Shown here: positions 10,001 through 23,935 of the stretch, in pieces
How positions within the stretch are numbered: position 1 is the stretch's first letter
Layout: each line of letters opens with the position of its first letter
From: Sporopachydermia quercuum
Taxonomy: Eukaryota
Direction of reading: 5' to 3'
DNA length: 64,000 nt
Assembly (NCBI GenBank): GCA_001599295.1
Contig: BCGN01000003.1
Coordinates: forward strand, 806,001-870,000
Notes under the pieces: model-generated
Seen by the model: the letters and a program-made list of their open reading frames with translations, nothing else
Told to the model about the DNA's origin: nothing
The model's database searches: none
Made by a program: the position numbers and the translations under genes

Positions 10001-10404
10001 ATTTATTAAGTTTAACAGGCAAACTGTATAACTAACGTTTAGCTTAAGCTATACCTTTAAAGTTAAGCTTCAATAAAGAATTAAACCTTATTCCATCAAC
10101 TCCCCACCACCCCTCACAATGCATAAATGTTAAATCATATAAAGTTCACCTTCCCTCCGGAAGTCCAAACTCTAATTTCCGCTTCAACTTTTGGCCCCAC
10201 TTGCTTACTACCTATCTTTTCCTCTTCTACAGTAGTCACCTACTATATTCTCCGCTTATAATATTCATCGTTTCCGCTATATATTACCATATAATATTGT
10301 TTTCTTCTTATTATTCATAATTCTTCGGTTTGTAGATTAAAATTTTACTCCTTCAGCGATAATTCTTTCAATTCAATTTTTTTTCAGCTTCTCTCATCTT
10401 CTCC

Positions 10405-13400
10405 TTATCGCTTTTCCACTAACAAAACATGCATCGCAATGTATCCTAACACTATGAACGCTGTGAAAAAAACTGCTAAGCCAACAACATCAGGCCAATA
10501 TGCCATAACATCGAATCCAAACGTCGACAAAATCGTAGCCCCTGGAATTTCAATCTGTAATCCATATTTCGTCTCCGTAAGCGTTAAATACCTTACTTCG
10601 TTGACTGCTAATGCTTCATATGCATAATGAAACACTGATGCATATTGTAGCCACGAGGCAAATTTGGGAATTGAATCCTTATTGAGAAACAATCCTGCAA
10701 ACAGCAAACTAAACAGCATAAATAAAACACCGATAAGATTAGCAACTCCTGTATCTTTAATCACTATACCAATAAACAAGCATGTGGCTGCAGCCGTAAG
10801 ATTAAACAATACCAGGACCAAAATAAACTTCAAAAGTCCGTTATTCTCAAGCGACAGTCCAACTAACGGATAAATTATAAGCGAGAGTAGAATTGGGGGA
10901 AACACTCTTAAAGGAACGATATCAAACACAACTTTTGAGAAGAAATAGGCAAACGGATGATAATATCCATTAGCTCGTTCTCTAACAAAAATTACACGTT
11001 CTCCTCCGAAAAGATTCAAGCTGGATAAAGTTGAGAAGCCGAAGAGCGCCAAAAGGAAGAAAAACAACCCCAATCGGTTTTGGAATCCTGATATATCATT
11101 GGAAACATTAAAATAGAGATATCCGCAGAATCCGGCAAGTAAACTTGAGATTAAATAATGAGTGAAAAGCAATTGAGGGTTTCTGTATAANTTTTTGAAG
11201 GTTCTGCTAGAAAGGATGATGATTTGGCCGATGATCCCCACTTTCTTCCGTCCCGTGAGTTTTTCTGGAGTTATTCCGTCGTCGTCGGGTGAAACGGGAG
11301 AAGGAGAAGAGTTTTCTTCTGGTAAAAGATCCGAGTTCTCTCCACTGTCGGGGGTTGAAGTTCCTGATTGGGGAATGCTTCCCGAACTGGCTGAGTTAAC
11401 GTTGCTGTTTTCAGTCCGAGATATTTCAATCTCTCGGAGTATTTCTTCCGAAATAAGCGATCTTCGGTAAGCCCCAACTAGCCCTTCTAGTGTGACGTCT
11501 ACAGAGTTCATATTAGGGTTTCGGAACCGTTCCGAATTTGTCCCCCTTCCGCTTCTTTTCGGTACTAAATCATCTCGATGGGATGCATAATGGTTCCATT
11601 CTTGAGTAAGATCTTCCTGTGACTCGGTATTTATAGGGAAATGGTGATCATCTTCCCCTCCGGCTAGCTCTGGAATTGCAGTTGCTGTTTCCGTTTGGTC
11701 CTCCGGATTTTCCCCTTCCTCGGAATCTTCTCTCTCCAGTCCCGAAAGCGGCCGAGAGATGTTATCCAACGCTAGAACACTTCCGTGTCTTCCCGCAGCA
11801 GCGGCAAGTCCATCACCGGCATCTTCCAACTCAACATACTTGCCCGCCGCTTGAGCTGTCAAATCAATCATAAAATCGGCTATATTGAACCCGGGAGGTA
11901 CGGGATATCCCAATTCGGTAAAATATTGCGCCACAGAGGAATTCGGACCTGAATANACTAACCGACCCTCGGAAAGCAAGACCAATTGGTCAAACAACGC
12001 CACAATGTTGGACCGAGGCTGATGAATTGTGAAAACAATTGTGCGCTTGTAATTTTTCGCTAAATAAACCAAAGATTCTATAACATTATAGGCATTATAA
12101 CTATCCAAACCCGATGTCGGCTCATCGAGGAACAAAACGGAAGGACTAGTTACCAATTCACAAGCAATAGCCACTCTTCTTTTTTCGCCTCCCGAGATAC
12201 CCCGCGTTTCCTGGTTGCCGATTAGTCGATCTTTAATATGCAAGATGCGGAGTTCTTGCAGGGTTTCTAGAACTCTCAGTTTTTTCCCAGCTAAACTCAT
12301 TGATTTCGGTAACCTTAATAGGGCTGAATTGAGTACAGTTTCGTATACGGAAAGAGTTGGGAACAAGAAGTCCTCTTGGTCCACAAAGGCAATGATTTTG
12401 CGGTATTCATGACGTCTGTACCGTTTCCCGTTTGCGTAGATTCTTCCTTTTGTAACCCCGGCCTTATTCTTAGCCGCCAAAATATCCAAAAGCGTAGTTT
12501 TACCCGCGCCTGATCCGCCAATTATAGCCATAACTTCGCCTGGTTTGGCCAGCCCGTGGATTCCGCTTAAAATATCCCGAGTTCCGAGCTCATATCGGAT
12601 GTCCTTGAACGCTAATTCAACCGGAATATGACCAGTCATCAGCTTCCCGTCTTCATTCTCACTTGGAAGCTTAATTGGACCTCCCGAGAATGCTCCCGAG
12701 GTTCGGATGCAGCCCCAGACAACAGCAGAAAGACCTAAAAACAGTAAAAACACTGAGGAGAATAAAACCAGCCCCGCTTTCGTGCTCATGGCTTTCTTCC
12801 CAGGCGGCTTATACCCAGGAAGCTCAGTATAATGTAAACATTCGGAAGCGGAACATTCTAACGTAATATAACTGTCACCAAACACTGTTTTGATCAAATC
12901 ATCCATTGAAGGCTCGGAAAACCTACAAGTGTGTTTTGCCTCATCACAGGAGAAATCCCCCGGCCCTTTAATTGTTTGAGCAAGAAAATCAGATATATCG
13001 ATTGAGCCTTTCTCTCCACAAAGCATTCTACCGGAGATGCATGAACATGCAGCCTCCTCACATTTATAGTGCGTAAGGTTTGTATCGGATCGGAACTCGG
13101 CTTCAAACTGACATTTGTTTAGGTCACAATAGAAACTTTCGGTTTGATCAATCCAGAATTGGAAATTGCAGTTGGCCGAAGTTGCATTACAGCTGAAAGT
13201 CACTTGGGGTTTCCTTCCATTGAGAATGTCAAGAATCTTTTTATTTGTCACATCGCACATTTGATGGTTCTTTTTAACTAGAAGACCACCTTTGTAGCAT
13301 CTACCATCTTTGTTTTCAGGCATGAAAGCATTGCATACATCGTCAGAATCACAAAGGTTACAGTTTATACCTGTCCAACCGTCTTCACAGGTGCATGCAT

Positions 13401-13755
13401 TTCCCTGTCTAATGGGACGATTAGCCCCTTGGTCCAAGCCCCCACAAAGAGGTTCCGCGCAATCCTGGCCGCCGAAACCCGAGGGGCATTCGCATTGGCC
13501 GTTGTATTCATTGCAATGACCGAATTGCTTACAGGCAAACACAGGGAGCAGACAGTTGAAGCAAGGAGGACAATCGTCATTGGCAGAATGGAAAATCTCC
13601 GAAACGGGAAAAGAGGAGTACCCTATTGCGAGATCCAAACCGAGGTTTAGTCCGAGAGCCGAAATGTCATTGCTATCAGCATTTGCACCATGACTAGCTC
13701 CTAATAATAGGACAACAAGCAAACTTCGGATTAGCAATTGTAATCCGAAGACCAT
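10405..13755 (-). CDS. ADP1: ABCG-type half transporter with N-terminal luminal EGF-like Cys-rich domain (Adp1)
   Basis: Signal peptide, CPPCFNC/EGF repeats, TM helix, Walker A GGSGAGKT, signature ISGGEKRR, Walker B LFLDEPT, C-terminal ABC2 membrane domain ending LLVEKR. Confidence 0.96.
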   Translation of the reverse strand: MVFGLQLLIRSLLVVLLLGASHGANADSNDISALGLNLGLDLAIGYSSFPVSEIFHSANDDCPPCFNCLLPVFACKQFGHCNEYNGQCECPSGFGGQDCAEPLCGGLDQGANRPIRQGNACTCEDGWTGINCNLCDSDDVCNAFMPENKDGRCYKGGLLVKKNHQMCDVTNKKILDILNGRKPQVTFSCNATSANCNFQFWIDQTESFYCDLNKCQFEAEFRSDTNLTHYKCEEAACSCISGRMLCGEKGSIDISDFLAQTIKGPGDFSCDEAKHTCRFSEPSMDDLIKTVFGDSYITLECSASECLHYTELPGYKPPGKKAMSTKAGLVLFSSVFLLFLGLSAVVWGCIRTSGAFSGGPIKLPSENEDGKLMTGHIPVELAFKDIRYELGTRDILSGIHGLAKPGEVMAIIGGSGAGKTTLLDILAAKNKAGVTKGRIYANGKRYRRHEYRKIIAFVDQEDFLFPTLSVYETVLNSALLRLPKSMSLAGKKLRVLETLQELRILHIKDRLIGNQETRGISGGEKRRVAIACELVTSPSVLFLDEPTSGLDSYNAYNVIESLVYLAKNYKRTIVFTIHQPRSNIVALFDQLVLLSEGRLXYSGPNSSVAQYFTELGYPVPPGFNIADFMIDLTAQAAGKYVELEDAGDGLAAAAGRHGSVLALDNISRPLSGLEREDSEEGENPEDQTETATAIPELAGGEDDHHFPINTESQEDLTQEWNHYASHRDDLVPKRSGRGTNSERFRNPNMNSVDVTLEGLVGAYRRSLISEEILREIEISRTENSNVNSASSGSIPQSGTSTPDSGENSDLLPEENSSPSPVSPDDDGITPEKLTGRKKVGIIGQIIILSSRTFKXLYRNPQLLFTHYLISSLLAGFCGYLYFNVSNDISGFQNRLGLFFFLLALFGFSTLSSLNLFGGERVIFVRERANGYYHPFAYFFSKVVFDIVPLRVFPPILLSLIIYPLVGLSLENNGLLKFILVLVLFNLTAAATCLFIGIVIKDTGVANLIGVLFMLFSLLFAGLFLNKDSIPKFASWLQYASVFHYAYEALAVNEVRYLTLTETKYGLQIEIPGATILSTFGFDVMAYWPDVVGLAVFFTAFIVLGYIAMHVLLVEKR

Positions 13756-14547
13756 TGTTTCCCGTTCAGTTCCGTTGCCGGTGTAATCTCCGTTATTCCA
13801 CAGTTCTATTTAGTACAAAAAGGGGAATAAATAGGTCCTGTTTGCTCACTTTCTTCCCTTTTATTCCCTTTTGCCTGTTATCTCTTAATGTCTCGGTCGT
13901 TGCTTTCCGAACGCCTAGTGATTGCCAGAGGCTGTTTCTGAGTCCAATTTCAATCAATCTATCAATATCTTCCGCTTCAATGCAATTTAAGGTCTTTCTA
14001 TTTATATTTTACAGTCTAAAGCTCGGTTGATATATCGGAAGAGCGGTAGTTGCTTCCGTTGAATTGTTTTTCTGCACCTTTTCTGGTTCCGATAAGATAA
14101 AAAGAAGGTTCCGAAAACAGTCTGTTTGTAAGATATCTGAATGTACGTAAGAAATGATAACAAAGGGTTTACGTATGAGTGTGTGCGGTACAGATTTTAC
14201 CAGATGTAAGGGGGAGTTAGAGAGACTGTGGTAGGAATCAAAAAAGATGTGTGATTCAATTCACATCATTATACTAGAATTGCTTAGTATTGATTTTAAG
14301 GTCAATATAATACCACTAAATGAAAATTCGGTAAAAGTATCTTGCAAATTACGCAGGCAATTAGTAAGATTATTTTAATGGCAAATTAGTGGGAAATATG
14401 AGAGACAAGAAAAGATTTTTATTTTTCTGGTAATCAAAGGGGTATATCAAGAGACTTATGATTATTATACGTAAGATAAAAAGAGTTAAGGGTGTAGAAA
14501 AAGTGGGGACAGGAAAGTTTGTTCCTGAAATTCAAAAAGCCTCTTAA

Positions 14548-14651
14548 ATCACGTGGTTTCAAACAGGTTATATAGGAATTTTATGTTGGCAGACAGAAAC
14601 AGAAACAGAAATTCAACACTGAGAATAATTTTCCAGTTTGCATCACGTGAC
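14548..14651. promoter_or_regulatory. Two CACGTG E-boxes (bHLH: Cbf1/SREBP-type) upstream of ADP1
   Basis: ATCACGTGG at 14548 and ATCACGTGAC at 14642-14651. Confidence 0.4.
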
Positions 14652-14769
14652 GTTCTGTTGAGATAATCATAATCATTCAATTTTATGACGGAAATGGGCT
14701 TGAAATCTATTCTATCTTATAATCATTGTTTACTCACATAAAATTCACGTCAAAATACCATTTCTACCT

Positions 14770-16036
14770 CTATAAGTCTCTTCTCGATCTACCATAATCG
14801 GGGGATCCTGTGATCACGTCTCCTAAATGCATAAACTCAGAAACAAAATTCACCATCAATATGGCCCAATCATTAATTGAATCTGGATCAAGATGATGTG
14901 CATCGTCATCCTAAAAAGCACAGTAAATATTAGTATACAGATTTCCTGCATCATCAAATAAAAACAATAAAAAGATCACTAATCATCTTCAAATTACTTA
15001 CTAATGTGTGCCAAACACTGGGAAACCTCAATGGAATCAAATGCAAAATAGGAACTCCTCGTTTCATGAAAGGAATATGATCATCTCCCAACGCACCGCC
15101 ATAGAAATTAGCGCCTTGCTTCGGATCTATTAGAAATCTGGCATCTTCTTCAATAAAATAATCATTCCATTTAACATTTTCCCTCAATCTAGTTTCCAAA
15201 CTAGCCATTGAGTTGTACAACCAATGAGTAGTGATGAAATAGCTAGGAATAGAACAATCTTTTGTTCCTATTAAATCCAATAAAACGAAGGTATCAATAT
15301 TACCTAATCTTGTTCGTTTATTGCTATTCGTCATCAAAGCTTCTTGTTCCCATTTGCTTGCTAAATGTCTTGCTCCATAAATCGAATCATCATCAGTCCA
15401 TTGAACTACCGCTTCTTCCCCATCTAAAAATACAATTTGGATACCTAATCGGGTTAAGTTTTCTTCTTCTTCGTTTAAATCATCATTTAAAGCCTCTAAA
15501 TGCTCCCATTTCCTATCAATCACGTCATCTAATGCTTTCGCTACATACATAAGCAAAGCACAAGGTACAGCACTATCAATAGCACCTATGAACCCTTCAG
15601 GTTCAATTTTAGAATCATAATGAGCAACAAGTGTCAAATATCTGATGTTTGAATCCTTCTTAGACCCTGTTAGTATCGGAGGATCTTTCCTGAAAACCAA
15701 ATTAGTAAATTCAACTTCTCCTAACGGCGTTTTATCTCTGAACTGGTCAACTTCTAACTCCCAGTTGGATAAATCATTGAAGAAGTTAATGAAATGATTT
15801 CTAACTATTGTAGAATTTTCGGTATCAGGTTTTCTAACTATTAAAATAGGGCCTAAATAGCCTTTTGAATTAAAAGGGTCTAAAACGTCTTCTGGTGGAT
15901 ATAAATTTGGTATAATATCCAATGCTGTGTCGGGTAGTTGCTTATAACCATATACCATGCATGTTTGAAGTAGTATACATAGTAGAGCTGGGAAATATGA
16001 TTTCTGTCGAAATAATGGGAATACAAATGTGAACAT
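14770..16036 (-). CDS. Glutaminyl-peptide cyclotransferase (peptidase M28 family, YFR018C-like); exons 16036-15002 and 14910-14770
   Basis: AHYDSK, GAIDSAVPC, FLDGEEA, DSIYGARHLA, LLDLIG, DDHIPF, FPSVWHT motifs. Intron 15001-14911 (GTAAGT…TACTAAT…TTTTAG) restores WHTL|DDDAHHLD and the protein ends …GRSRRDL*. Confidence 0.92.
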
Positions 16037-17453
16037 TATGATAAGAGTTGTATATTTCCATCAAAAAAGTTTGTATTGGAGTAAAACAGCTTGTGTAGCA
16101 GCTGATCATGGAATGGTTGATGATATGGGAGCAACAGGCATTCTCGGGTAATATGAGAGAAGTTCTGTTGAAAATGCAATTGAAATATATGGAAAACGCG
16201 TCAGAAATATGTACTGTCGATACGTATTTACCTTCTTCTTATGGCGGGGTTTTTGGTGGTAAAATATATAATAACAGAATTGTTGATGATAAAAACATCT
16301 GAAGGAAAGGAATCACAGTGAAAATTGTATGGCTGATAAGGGGGCCAAATGTGTTTACATGTCAGTAGAGATTAAAATTTAAAAAGTCATGTGAAGTTAA
16401 TGCAAGGTTGAATCTTAATTGAAGAGTACAATGTTTAAATAGTCTAATGTTTAATTGACCACAGATAGCGGATTTTAGTATATGTTTGGTTGATATTGCT
16501 TATTCGTTGCTTGTTTCTTTGTGCAACATGATTTAACTTCACTTAAAATTAAGACTCTTTTTTCGTGACAAGCCAGTAGGCATATGTTAAAAGGTTCCTT
16601 CCTTAGATCTAGGTTTGGTGCAGGATAATTTTCATGTGAGAATCTTCTTGCTTCCTGTTTTCCTCAATATTTTACATGTCAGTAAGAAATTATCATGTCT
16701 TCGAAATCTTAAACAAATGATTGAAGCGATAGCCTCATAGTACTGAAGACATATTTATAATATATAGAAAGACCTACGTTCAATGAAATGCTATACTTTC
16801 TTTGAGTAACGGTTATTAATGAGATTCTTCTATTGATCTCCTGTGCCTTATACCTGCATACTTAACGTTTAAGCCTTAAATGCACGTACATCTCTTTAAT
16901 ATTTATTCACATAATCCTCAATTGGCAGGATCTACTTATCCCTCCTCATTAAATCTGCAGAATCATCCATTCTGACCTCCAAATATTTCAATAGACTAGC
17001 TATTCCTATTAAGCAAACCTATCCATCTAGTTATCTTTTGATTCGCGTATCTCTACTAATATTGACATATCTGTAATTATGCGATCTCATCTTTTCCTGT
17101 TCACATCATCATTTATTCATCCCTCATCAATCCTTGTACCATTTCAAAATTTCCAATTGTGGTCTGTGGTCTGCGGTTTGTACTATCAAATATTTCCTTT
17201 ACTTATGTATTTACTTATGTACACAAAATGAGATCAAAACATAAACAGGCCAATCACACTTTCGGCTTTCGTTTCCGAGATATAGGCATATTTTCCCGTC
17301 AGATGTCGGAAAGCATGCTTTTTGAGAATTCATTGCAATATAAGTTGAAAGTTCAACCTCAAATTCATATATCTACCATACCAAATGCGCTACAATTACC
17401 AAATCCAAACATAATCAGCCTAAGTTCATCTCCCATAGTCATTCCTTAATACG

Positions 17454-20400
17454 ATGTCTACTGGCAGCGCAATTCCTCTTCCAGGAGACCACCTGAGGCT
17501 TCGGAACGCATCTGCAGTCTCGGATATAAACGCTGTAACAGTGCATGCAAATACATCGCGTTCGAACTCTTCCGCCAACTCAGTGAAAGAATCTAGCGCT
17601 GCTAGTATAGGTACCAGGTCCAGTACCNTATCGCCTCAAAAATCAAGATCTAAATCAAAGCTGACACCAGGATCTGGCTCCGATATGTGGCAAGAAACCT
17701 CTGATGTTGCCATTCCAGAAGATTCTAATCGGAATTTCTTTCTCACCGGGTTAAACAGGAAGTTCAACCCATTAAAACAAGGTGGCCTCGGTAAAGAGTT
17801 CTGGATGAAAGATGATTCGGCTTCGGAATGTTTCGCTTGTGGTAGATCATTTACTGCTTGGAGACGTCGGCATCACTGCCGAACTTGTGGTCAAGTGTTT
17901 TGTAACTCATGCACTAGGTTAATTCCAGGAGAAAGATTCCGATACAACGGGAAAATGCGGATCTGTTTGCAATGTCTTCAGTACTTAGATACTTACGATA
18001 CGGAATCATCCGGGTCTTCAGATGAGGACATCACGGTAGATAATTTAAACGACGGGAAAATAACGGATCTGAATAACTTGGATTCGGAAGCCAGACTTCA
18101 ATCTGCAACTGCTTCTGATTCAATACCCAGAAGTGCTTCTAATATGGTTATTTCAATAGATTCCGAGCCGAAGCCTCCACCTTTAATGGCTATTCCAGCC
18201 ACTAGAACAGGAGCAGCAGTTGAAATTCCGTCTTCCCGAAACCCGAGAATCTCCGACCCGACTTCTCTTTCCGCTTCTTTCACGGCCTCCGAGTTTTTCC
18301 CTCCTGGCTCAGTTAACTCTCTATCTAAAATACACTCAAACTCAACATCCAATTCCTCGGACCCTGAAGATGAACAAAAAATGAGTCTAGCCGCTTTGTT
18401 ACATAAAAATAACCCCACCAACCCCACTTTAAAGTCTCCTGACCTTCGCCTCAACTCTAAATCATCTCGGCATATATCCGCCAGGCTCCGCAAACAGTAT
18501 AAACCAACTCCGCAAGTGAACCTTGTGGCTGCCCCAGCATTACATTTGAGCACTGCCGCGAGACGCCACCTTGAGAAGTTTTTAGCTCAGTTTTTAGCCG
18601 AGTTTCACATTGAGTATCCTGCCGATTGGTTACCCGTTCTACTCCGGATGCTCTCCACCGCAGCAGCTCATATTGATTTAGACGTCCGAGGGGGAGATTC
18701 CTTGGACATCCGACGGTACGTTAAAATCAAACGGATCCCCGGCGGGAAACCAAGCCATTCTCGGTACACAGATGGAGTAGTATTTACCGGTTCACTGGCC
18801 ACGCGGGGTATGCGCATGAGCATTCAGGACCCGGCAATTCTTCTAATGACCGTCCCACTTGAGTACGATAAAGCAGAACCCCACTTTATGAGTATAGAAA
18901 CAGTTAATAAACAAGAAACGGAATACCTTCGGAAACTTGTTGATCGGATAGTTGTTCTGGGACCAAACGTGGTAATGATTGGTGGGGCAGCTTCAGGATT
19001 AGCAATAGAAATGTTACAACAGGCAGGAATCTCGGTAGCCTATAATGTCAAACGACAAGTATTACAACGGTTATCTCGATACACGGGAGCAGAGATTGTC
19101 GGATCAATGGATCGGCTGGCGGATCCTCGGCTAGGCTATTGCACACGATTTGAAGTTAAAACGTTCCGCTTCCGAGTCGGACGAAAGACGTTTATGTTCT
19201 TCTCGGGTTGTCCTCGGCATCTAGGATGTACCTTCGTGTTACGGGGTGCAGAAGAATCGGCATTAGCCGGAGTCAAATCAATTTTGGAGTTTATGTTGTT
19301 TGTGACGTTTAACCTCAAATTGGAGACGAGTCTAATTCGAGATGAATTTATCCGAACGCTGGATGTTGATGTTGAAGCGGAAGAGATAGCAGGAAATATA
19401 ACCGAGAAAGGCGAGAAAGCGGAGAAAATGGCGGAAAACATAGAAATGGAGATAATGCTGAAAAAGAAAATCGAGTCCGAACTTGAAAGAAATGATGCTG
19501 AGTTAGGAAATTCAGCTGACGTTTTGGACGAAAAAACCTCAAATTTGGGACTACCTACGGAGCTCACTACCGAATCAGGCACACAATTAAGGCTTAACTC
19601 TAGTTCCAACCTTGACCTGAATCTAGAACCATTTGAGAGTTTCCTAAATCCTTATATTCAACTGTTCCATACAAAAATACTCTCAGCTTCTCCGTCAGTT
19701 AGTTTTCCTGAACCATTTGTGCTAACAAAAGCACGGGAACTTGAGGACCAAATGAGGAAACTATCTGAAACTTTATTGAAACTCCGAACTGCAGACTTGA
19801 ATACACAAGCGACTGCTTTAGCTAAACTCAAAGTTAGAGCTGATCCAACCTTATTTCTTAACCCCGTATCGGATTACCCCGCGGTTATTGAAAAACTATG
19901 CACAGATAAATATCAGGAGCTTTACTTCAACTTAAGCTTGTTCAAACGACAATGGGAACTCTTTTTCGGACATTACCCCGCCATTTTCGACCCTGCATCA
20001 CACCAAAGTATCCCATTTTTGTACTCTTTAGTCTCGGCAATAACGGCGACTCCCTGTGTGGGACCAGAAAACCTGGAAATCCACTTTTACTCGGAATCAG
20101 ATACCGCATTAGGACAATTCATCGAACACGCATGTTCCGCAGCGGGGCAGAATTGCTCCGAAGGTTGCGGGGGGACCTTAAAAGACCACTATCGAAGTTA
20201 TGTCCATGGAACGGGTCGGATAGACGTAATTGTGGAACCCTTTCAACCTCGGCTTCCCGGATTCCATAATGCCATTCTAATGTGGAGTTTCTGTAAGAAA
20301 TGCCGAACGTCAATGCCGGTAACTCAAATGTCGGAAAATACGTGGAAATACTCGTTTGGGAAATACCTTGAACTTTCCTTTTGGACCGTCGGAAGTAAAA

Positions 20401-23400
20401 TCCGAGCTGGCGGAGGAGACGGTTGCGAACATGATTATTACCGAGATCATATCCGATATTTCGGGTTGCACGATTGGGCTGTAAGGTTTGAGTACACTGA
20501 AGTAGGGTTACTAAACTTAATTGTACCGAGACCTCAGATGTTTTGGCGTAGTGAAACCGATGTGGAGTTTAGAGTTTTGGGATATCGAGAGATTGAAGCT
20601 GCTGCTAGAAAGTTTTTCAGGTCAGTCCGAGCTCGGCTGGTCCGAGTCCGGCTAGAGTCGGTAGAAGCCGATAAAAGGGAAGAATGTAAAGAAAAGCTTG
20701 CCGAACTCAACAACCGGGCAGACTCGGAAGAAGCGGAAGTAATGGAAATGTTAACCGGAGTTTACTCGCAGACAGAATGTACAGAATATTTACCGCTGAA
20801 TGCGGTCATACGATGGGTTCAAGGGCTCGGAGTTGCTTGGGATGCCGAGTTTTTGAAGTTTGAAGGAGATTTTTTCCCCTCGGAGAAAGATATCACCCGA
20901 ATTACGGCCATGCAGTTGAAAAAGTTTTTTTCGGATAGAGAGAATGCCGAGAATCCAGAAAAGATAATGGAGAAGATTGAAGATAAAGTAAGCGAGAAGG
21001 AGAAAACAGAAAAGACAGGGGAGAAAATAACGGAAAAGATAGCTGAAGGTGATATCAAAGGATCTAAGAAACCGGACACTATAGCGGAACCAGTTGCTGA
21101 TGCTCAGAAAGAGATTGGAACCCCGGAAAGAAGTCCCACTTTGGTTCCGAAAACTCCTAAGACGCCGAGCCGCGTTTTGGAAGAAGTAAGCCGAGTCGAG
21201 CAATTAATGGAAAAAGAGCGGAATGATTCGGAGCATTATAGTGGTTCCAATTCCGGAGCCGGGTTAACTGCATGGAATAGTACGAATAGCCCTACCAAGA
21301 GCCGGGTTGCAATGCGCTCAGAATCTGCTGGAACAATTTCCGCCTTGGGTTCAAACCCTAATTTGAACCGTTCGCTGCACAACTCGAAGTCTATTTTGCC
21401 TTCCGCATCAGTCCCTAATTTTTCCACTATGACTATGTCATCTTCTCATAATAACCATTTCAACAATTCCGAATCTTCCGAACCTTCCCAGCGTTTAGAC
21501 ACCGAATCCAAAGCCCTGGAGACATCGGAAGCCTTGGAAGATCTTTCCGAACCACATCTGATCCATTCCGATGCATCGAACTCCAAAGAGCTAGAAAGAC
21601 AACTGCGGAAGGGACAATCCGGAACCGGGAAAGTATCACAATTAACTTCATTCTTTAATCAGATATATTTCGACCAACTTTCTATGGAATTTGAGTTGGA
21701 AAGAGCTCGGGAACGTCGAAAACTGAACGCTAATGGCTTCCGAGCACTTCCGGTCCGGACATCTCGGCCGATTGTTGAAGTGTTCAAAACTGTGGAAGAT
21801 GCAGTCGAAGAAGGTTGGGATTATGACGAAGATAAGGTCAAAAATCGGAAAGATTCGGATCGGAGGAGTTTAAACGGGAACGGAACCGGCAATAGTAAGG
21901 TTCCCAAAGCTCCGAAGCTACCCGCCATTTCTGCACCGACTGTAAGAGGGTCGGGACCCGAACTCCGGAAAGCACTGAAGGGAACTATTAGGAATAATTG
22001 GAGCAGAGCAGAAGCACAAGCAGAAGCACAAGCCCAAACAAAATCAGACCATTCGGAAGATGTACGCCAACCCTCGGAGCAACCGGAACAACCGGAACAA
22101 CTAGGACAATCGGAACCATCGGAACAACTGGAACCACCGCAACCATCGCAACCAATGCAACCTACTGCTCCTCCGGAAGCAGACCCTGCGGAAAGAATAT
22201 CCATAATGAAAACTCTTGCCAATTTCTGGGCCGATCGTTCCGCTACTGGTTGGAAACCATTGGAATATCCTTTGCAACCTTCGGAACATATGTTTGTGGA
22301 TTCTGATGTTGTTATCCGAGAAGACGAGCCGAGTTCCCTGGTGGCTTTTTGTATTAGTTGCGATGATTACAAAGAGAAGCTTTCTACGATTAAAAACAAG
22401 CATAAACAGCAAATTCAGGTGGACGGGAATTTGGACGAATTGGAGCGGATGATGTTAAAAAAAACGGGAACGCATTTGCGGTATCGTAAGTATCTTATTT
22501 CGAAGGCTAGGCGAGGTAATGGTACATTGAAGTATAATTAGGGGGTCATTGGGAGTTTTTATTCCTATAGCGGGTTTGTGGAGATAATAAGATTAGAGCA
22601 AAACACAATACGGGAGAGCAGAAATAACGGAACCAATGACCGCAATTATGGAATAAATGATACTAATGAGTTTCCCGTCAGAACAACGGAGCAAATCCGA
22701 CCAGTCTCATATTTATGCCATTTGCTCCACTGTTTAGTATCCACAAATAATCACTAACCGCCGTTCTAGAATTCGAAGAAGGCTCCGCAGAATTATCGTG
22801 TAAAATCTTCTTTGCCGAACAATTTGACGCACTAAGAGAATACTGCAATTGTAATACCAACTTTGTTCAAAGTTTGTCGCGTTGTGTGAAATGGGATTCA
22901 AGCGGCGGAAAGTCCGGTTCGGCTTTCTTGAAAACACTGGATGATCGGCTGGTTGTTAAGCAATTATCACATGTTGAATTGGATGCGTTTGTTAAGTTTG
23001 CTCCATCTTATTTTGAGTATATGGCACAAGCGTTTTTCCATGAGGTATGTTTATTTTGTTTTATTGTGATAGGTTAATGTTAAGGGCGAGGTTAAAGAGT
23101 AGGAGGAGCAATATGGATTGAGAGTTTAGAAGTCGAAAATCATGCCAAATCCGAGTGTTTTGTGTTGGCTAGAAGAGACTTGAATAGAATAATATGCATT
23201 GCACTACTTTCAATGGTATCCACAAACCCCTATTAATGCATCAATTTCTACTTATTTTTATTTCTACTAACAAAACGACAAATTTCTCCACTATTTCAGC
23301 TTCCGACGGTTATCGCAAAAGTCTTCGGCTTTTACCAAATTCAAATTAAAAACCCGATCACCAATAAAAACTTCCGCATGGACGTCCTAGTTATGGAGAA

Positions 23401-23935
23401 CCTATTTTATAACCGTCAAACTAATAGGATCTTTGATTTAAAAGGTTCTATGCGCAATAGACACGTTGAGCAAACAGGTAAGGAGAACGAAGTGCTTCTT
23501 GATGAAAACATGGTAGAATATATTTATGAATCGCCGTTATTTGTTAGAGAACATGCGAAGAAGCTATTAAGAGCGTCATTATGGAATGACACGTTGTTTT
23601 TAGCCAAAATGAATGTTATGGACTATTCGTTAGTTATTGGGATTGATGAAGAGAAGAATGAACTGGTTGTTGGTATAATTGATTGTATTCGTACGTTTAC
23701 ATGGGATAAGAAGCTTGAGAGTTGGGTTAAAGAACGAGGTTTAGTTGGAGGAGGCGGAAAAGAGCCAACAGTTGTTACGCCACGCCAATATAAGAATAGG
23801 TTTAGAGAGGCGATGGAGAGATACATTTTGATGGTTCCAGGGTATGTTTAAGGCTATTTTGTTTGGAGGGGCTGGATTTATTTATTGGGGCAAGAGGCTA
23901 ACTGTTTACTTAGATGCTGGAACCAAGGAATGTGA
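17454..23935 (+). CDS. FAB1: PI3P 5-kinase Fab1/PIKfyve; exons 17454-22485, 22770-23044, 23300-23841, 23914-23935
   Basis: FYVE domain (WMKD…[10 protein letters not shown]), CCT/TCP1-like domain, CCR region, PIPK domain ([23 protein letters not shown]). Introns 22486-22769, 23045-23299 and 23842-23913 have GTAAGT/GTATGT donors and CTAAC branch points, and splicing restores the frame (RY|QFEEG, HE|LPT, VPG|CWNQGM*). Confidence 0.95.
22073..22160 (+). repeat. Degenerate 9-bp coding tandem repeat in FAB1 ([27 protein letters not shown])
   Basis: Repeated cggaacaac / cgcaaccat units. Confidence 0.8.
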
